From assembly GCA_035084275.1 (NCBI GenBank), contig CM068759.1, forward strand, positions 1,426,001-1,490,000: a stretch of 64,000 nt of DNA. The letters are read 5' to 3'. Numbering within the stretch: the first letter of the stretch is position 1; each line of letters starts with the position of its first letter. The notes under the pieces are model-generated. The model worked only from the letters and a program-made list of their open reading frames with translations, had not been told where the DNA came from and made no database searches. Positions 61,240 to 64,000 of this stretch are shown here, piece by piece. A program made the position numbers and the translations under genes. This DNA is from Hydrolagus colliei (taxonomy: Eukaryota).

Positions 61240-62704
61240 AGAGGCAGGGAGCAAAGTGACTGAAGGTCACTGGTGGTGGGTGTGAAAAGGGTATGGGCAT
61301 GAAGCAGGCTGCATTTGGGAACATTGATAGAGATCAAAAAAGCAAATCTTGCTATCTCTTTGCCCACCCACCACCAACCTATAGATGCCAATTATATTAC
61401 ATCCACTGCCAATCTGACTGAGTTCAGCTGCATAGATCTAGGATCAAAATCCGTCTTTGCCACATCAGGCAGGACAGTTCCATGTTGTTTCACGGATTAG
61501 TCAGCAAAGGCACAGACCTTTTTATTGCGATGCACAAAATGCTTGCTCACATAGGCCACATTACAATCATCATACAACAGAAGTGTCTGCGAGTGCACGT
61601 CTTGCCATTCCTTCCGTCGGTCACAGGCGCAGACTGCTGGGGTTCTCTCTTTTTGGCTGTAGAAAAAGCACAAATAAATGGAAGAGATATCACTATAGCA
61701 ACAGGGAAAGTACATTGAACAATGTCATTATTACATAATTTCTGTTGGTAATATTTCCTTGCGGCCACTCACAGTCCCCACTTTGTAATTATTAGGCTTT
61801 GAATGACAGTATTTGCATTGGGGATAACGGAAGTTGTCAAAGCAGATAACACAGATGAGATGAGGAAACAAAGGGTACCCAGTCTGATGCTTTCAATGAA
61901 ACTGTAATGCTGTTTATCTTATCACAGGTGACATCTGATTTTACAATCAATAGCAGATCACAACATCATTTTTACATGATTACAATTTCACTGCAGCTAA
62001 CTGCAGCTGTCACCTCTTTATGAAAGGTTTCGGAAAGGCACTTTGTGTGTGAGTGACACAGGCATTTGGAACTTTTTGTGGACAATTTGCTAAAATAGAC
62101 GCTGGCTATTCGCATTAAGATGCATCCTTTCCATCTATTTGGTGAGTGACTGTGTCAGATGCTCAACCCCCTAACCTTATTGCCTATATATATAAGAATA
62201 TATATAAGAACTCTCTAATATATTCACAGGTATAATCTGCACTTCTTCCCAGCCGAAATATTTCCTGAGGGTCAGATTTATCCAACCGAAAGCAGATAGC
62301 ATGGGAGAACAAGGATAGCTAATTTATCTCATTGCTTCGACAAAACAGCAGGTACCAGCAGCAGGCAAGGCCGGGTGATTGAGCTGATAATTATTCTTAG
62401 AAATATGTGTTTGAGTCTTTCTGAGAATTACACGCAGAACTCCAGCTTGGACCGGTCGGTCGGTCGGTCGGTCAGTCTGCTGAGTTGGCTTGAAATGGTA
62501 TCTACTGAAATTTAGGTCAAGGATGGCTTACTTATTAGAGTAAGCTTTAGAGAGGTTTGATGAGCAAAATGCGGAAGGAGGGGGTGGGGGGTATGGGAAT
62601 GGGGGCGGGTGGGTGTGGCGAAGGGAATACTGCAGCTTTTCGTGTTCTTAAAGCGTATTTTCACACGTAATCCTAGTGCCCGAGTCTTGTAATTTTCTTT
62701 CGAA

Positions 62705-62799
62705 TTCCTTCCTTCAAAAAATAATAATAAAATTGATCACTTCAACTCAGGACTGTTTGCGGGACTGTATGCTGGGTGCAAATGGCTGCCGCGTTTCAC
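62705..62799 (+). mobile_element. SINE central fragment
   Basis: GACTGTTTGCGGGAC...GCAAATGGCTGCCGCGTTTC. Confidence 0.75.
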
Positions 62800-64000
62800 T
62801 GCTATCACTGAAGCGCAGTGGTCGAATCCTGCGCAAAACGTTCGATGTTTTGGGGTCGTTTGCTCGGAGATGCAAGTTAATTGCCCTGTATTCACCTGTG
62901 GTCAGTCAGTTAATACTGTGTTCGCTTTTACGCACATTAAGTAGGTCCCCTCCCCCTCTCTCTGGCGCCTCTCATTATCCTGTCCTGCTCACTAAAGGAA
63001 AATGCTGACGCGAGATCTAATGGTCTCGGATTTATGTCAGCGTACAAAGCACCTTAAATCTCAGCCATGGCACAAACTATTGCTTTCAGCCAGGCAGAGG
63101 AGGCGGCAGAACATTTCTACTGGCCTACTTAGGCTGCAGTTCACCTCTCCCTCCCTCCCTCCCTCCCTCCCTCCCTCCCTCCCTCTCTCCCAAGCGACCG
63201 TCACTCTACCTGTCTTGTACGAGGTCGCAGTGTACTGTACTGCGTTTGCGCATTGTCAACGGCTTACTACCGTTGTCAACGATTCCGTTTGGAGAGCAGC
63301 TCCAGAGAATCTTGTTCAGCTTCTCCTTTGATACGCTGTTACTTTACCCAACATGAGGTGAAGTTTCCCCACAGGCAGGCAGACCAGCTGCACAGAGACA
63401 GATTTTGAGGTCAGATGACTGCAATTCTAACATGTTACACTGCGGTTAGAGTCTTTGTACTGACGTCCCCGGATGTTCCACCCTTTGTGTTAACTATACC
63501 TTTGACATCTCTCGCCTGACGCTGCCAAAAGGAAGGGCAAGGACACAGCAGTGTGGGGCTGGCATTAGAGGAATTGACAGAAACTCGAAAGGGGGGTGGG
63601 CAATCTCGCATTCCTTTTCACACGGGGCAACAGGGATTCAACTGAAGCCTCTTGTTTAACAGAACTATTTAACAAAAAGAAAATATGAGTCACTTTCAGA
63701 ATGTGTTTTTTTTTCTCAGTTAAACAGCATTAAAACCTGATCTGGATGTTTGATCTATTAATGGAGTATTTTAGAGCATCTAGAATTTATCCAGTTCTTG
63801 AACCGATTTCTTAATTTTCTACGCTGGTTTTCTGCAGGAACTCCTTGAGGAACTCCTGAAAATCCACTTCAAAGCAAAGACTACATTTCCCAAATTGGTT
63901 AAACTTTTGGACCACTCTAAAACACGTAGCGTAAATCCAGATCCGGGTGGAAATCTCTCCCCAATAGTTGAGGGCAAAATTGAGAAGCCTTATCATGTGT

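Noticed and set aside
61735-61751. 15/17 match to part of recalled HAR1 (ATAATTTCTGTTGGTAA)
   Set aside because: The flanks do not extend, and a short AT-rich match is expected by chance.

Overview
Vertebrate genomic DNA that is AT-rich and almost entirely non-coding. The tRNA-head/Deu-like SINE and the L2 and CR1 remnants point to a cartilaginous fish, most likely a chimaera such as elephant shark (inference). The window starts in the last intron of a YTHDF m6A-reader gene on the + strand. Its final coding exon reads ERLNRNK* at 4883-4906 and its 3'UTR runs to about 5950. About 16 kb downstream, on the - strand, lies a clear miR-124 hairpin (21823-21901). The convergent layout and the loop length match the human YTHDF1/MIR124-3 locus as I recall it. 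Around the hairpin I can sketch a spliced host transcript, a CRE plus double-CCAAT promoter (~23.9 kb), two inverted REST/RE1-like sites, and a ~13 kb domain poor in transposons and rich in simple repeats, containing two assembly gaps. The rest is gene desert with many SINE/LINE fragments, two ancient AmnSINE2-like relics, RFX X-boxes and CNE-like blocks. Apart from one LINE fragment, none of the listed ORFs looks like real protein. The best leads are: an extra A in the miR-124 star arm opposite the seed, a putative divergent spliced lncRNA with a recursive-splice or microexon-like site, a 40-nt frameshifting YTHDF1 cassette exon, and an orphan 58-nt near-perfect hairpin. All family and orthology assignments rest on recalled sequences, not on searches. 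I cannot claim a confirmed new biological system.
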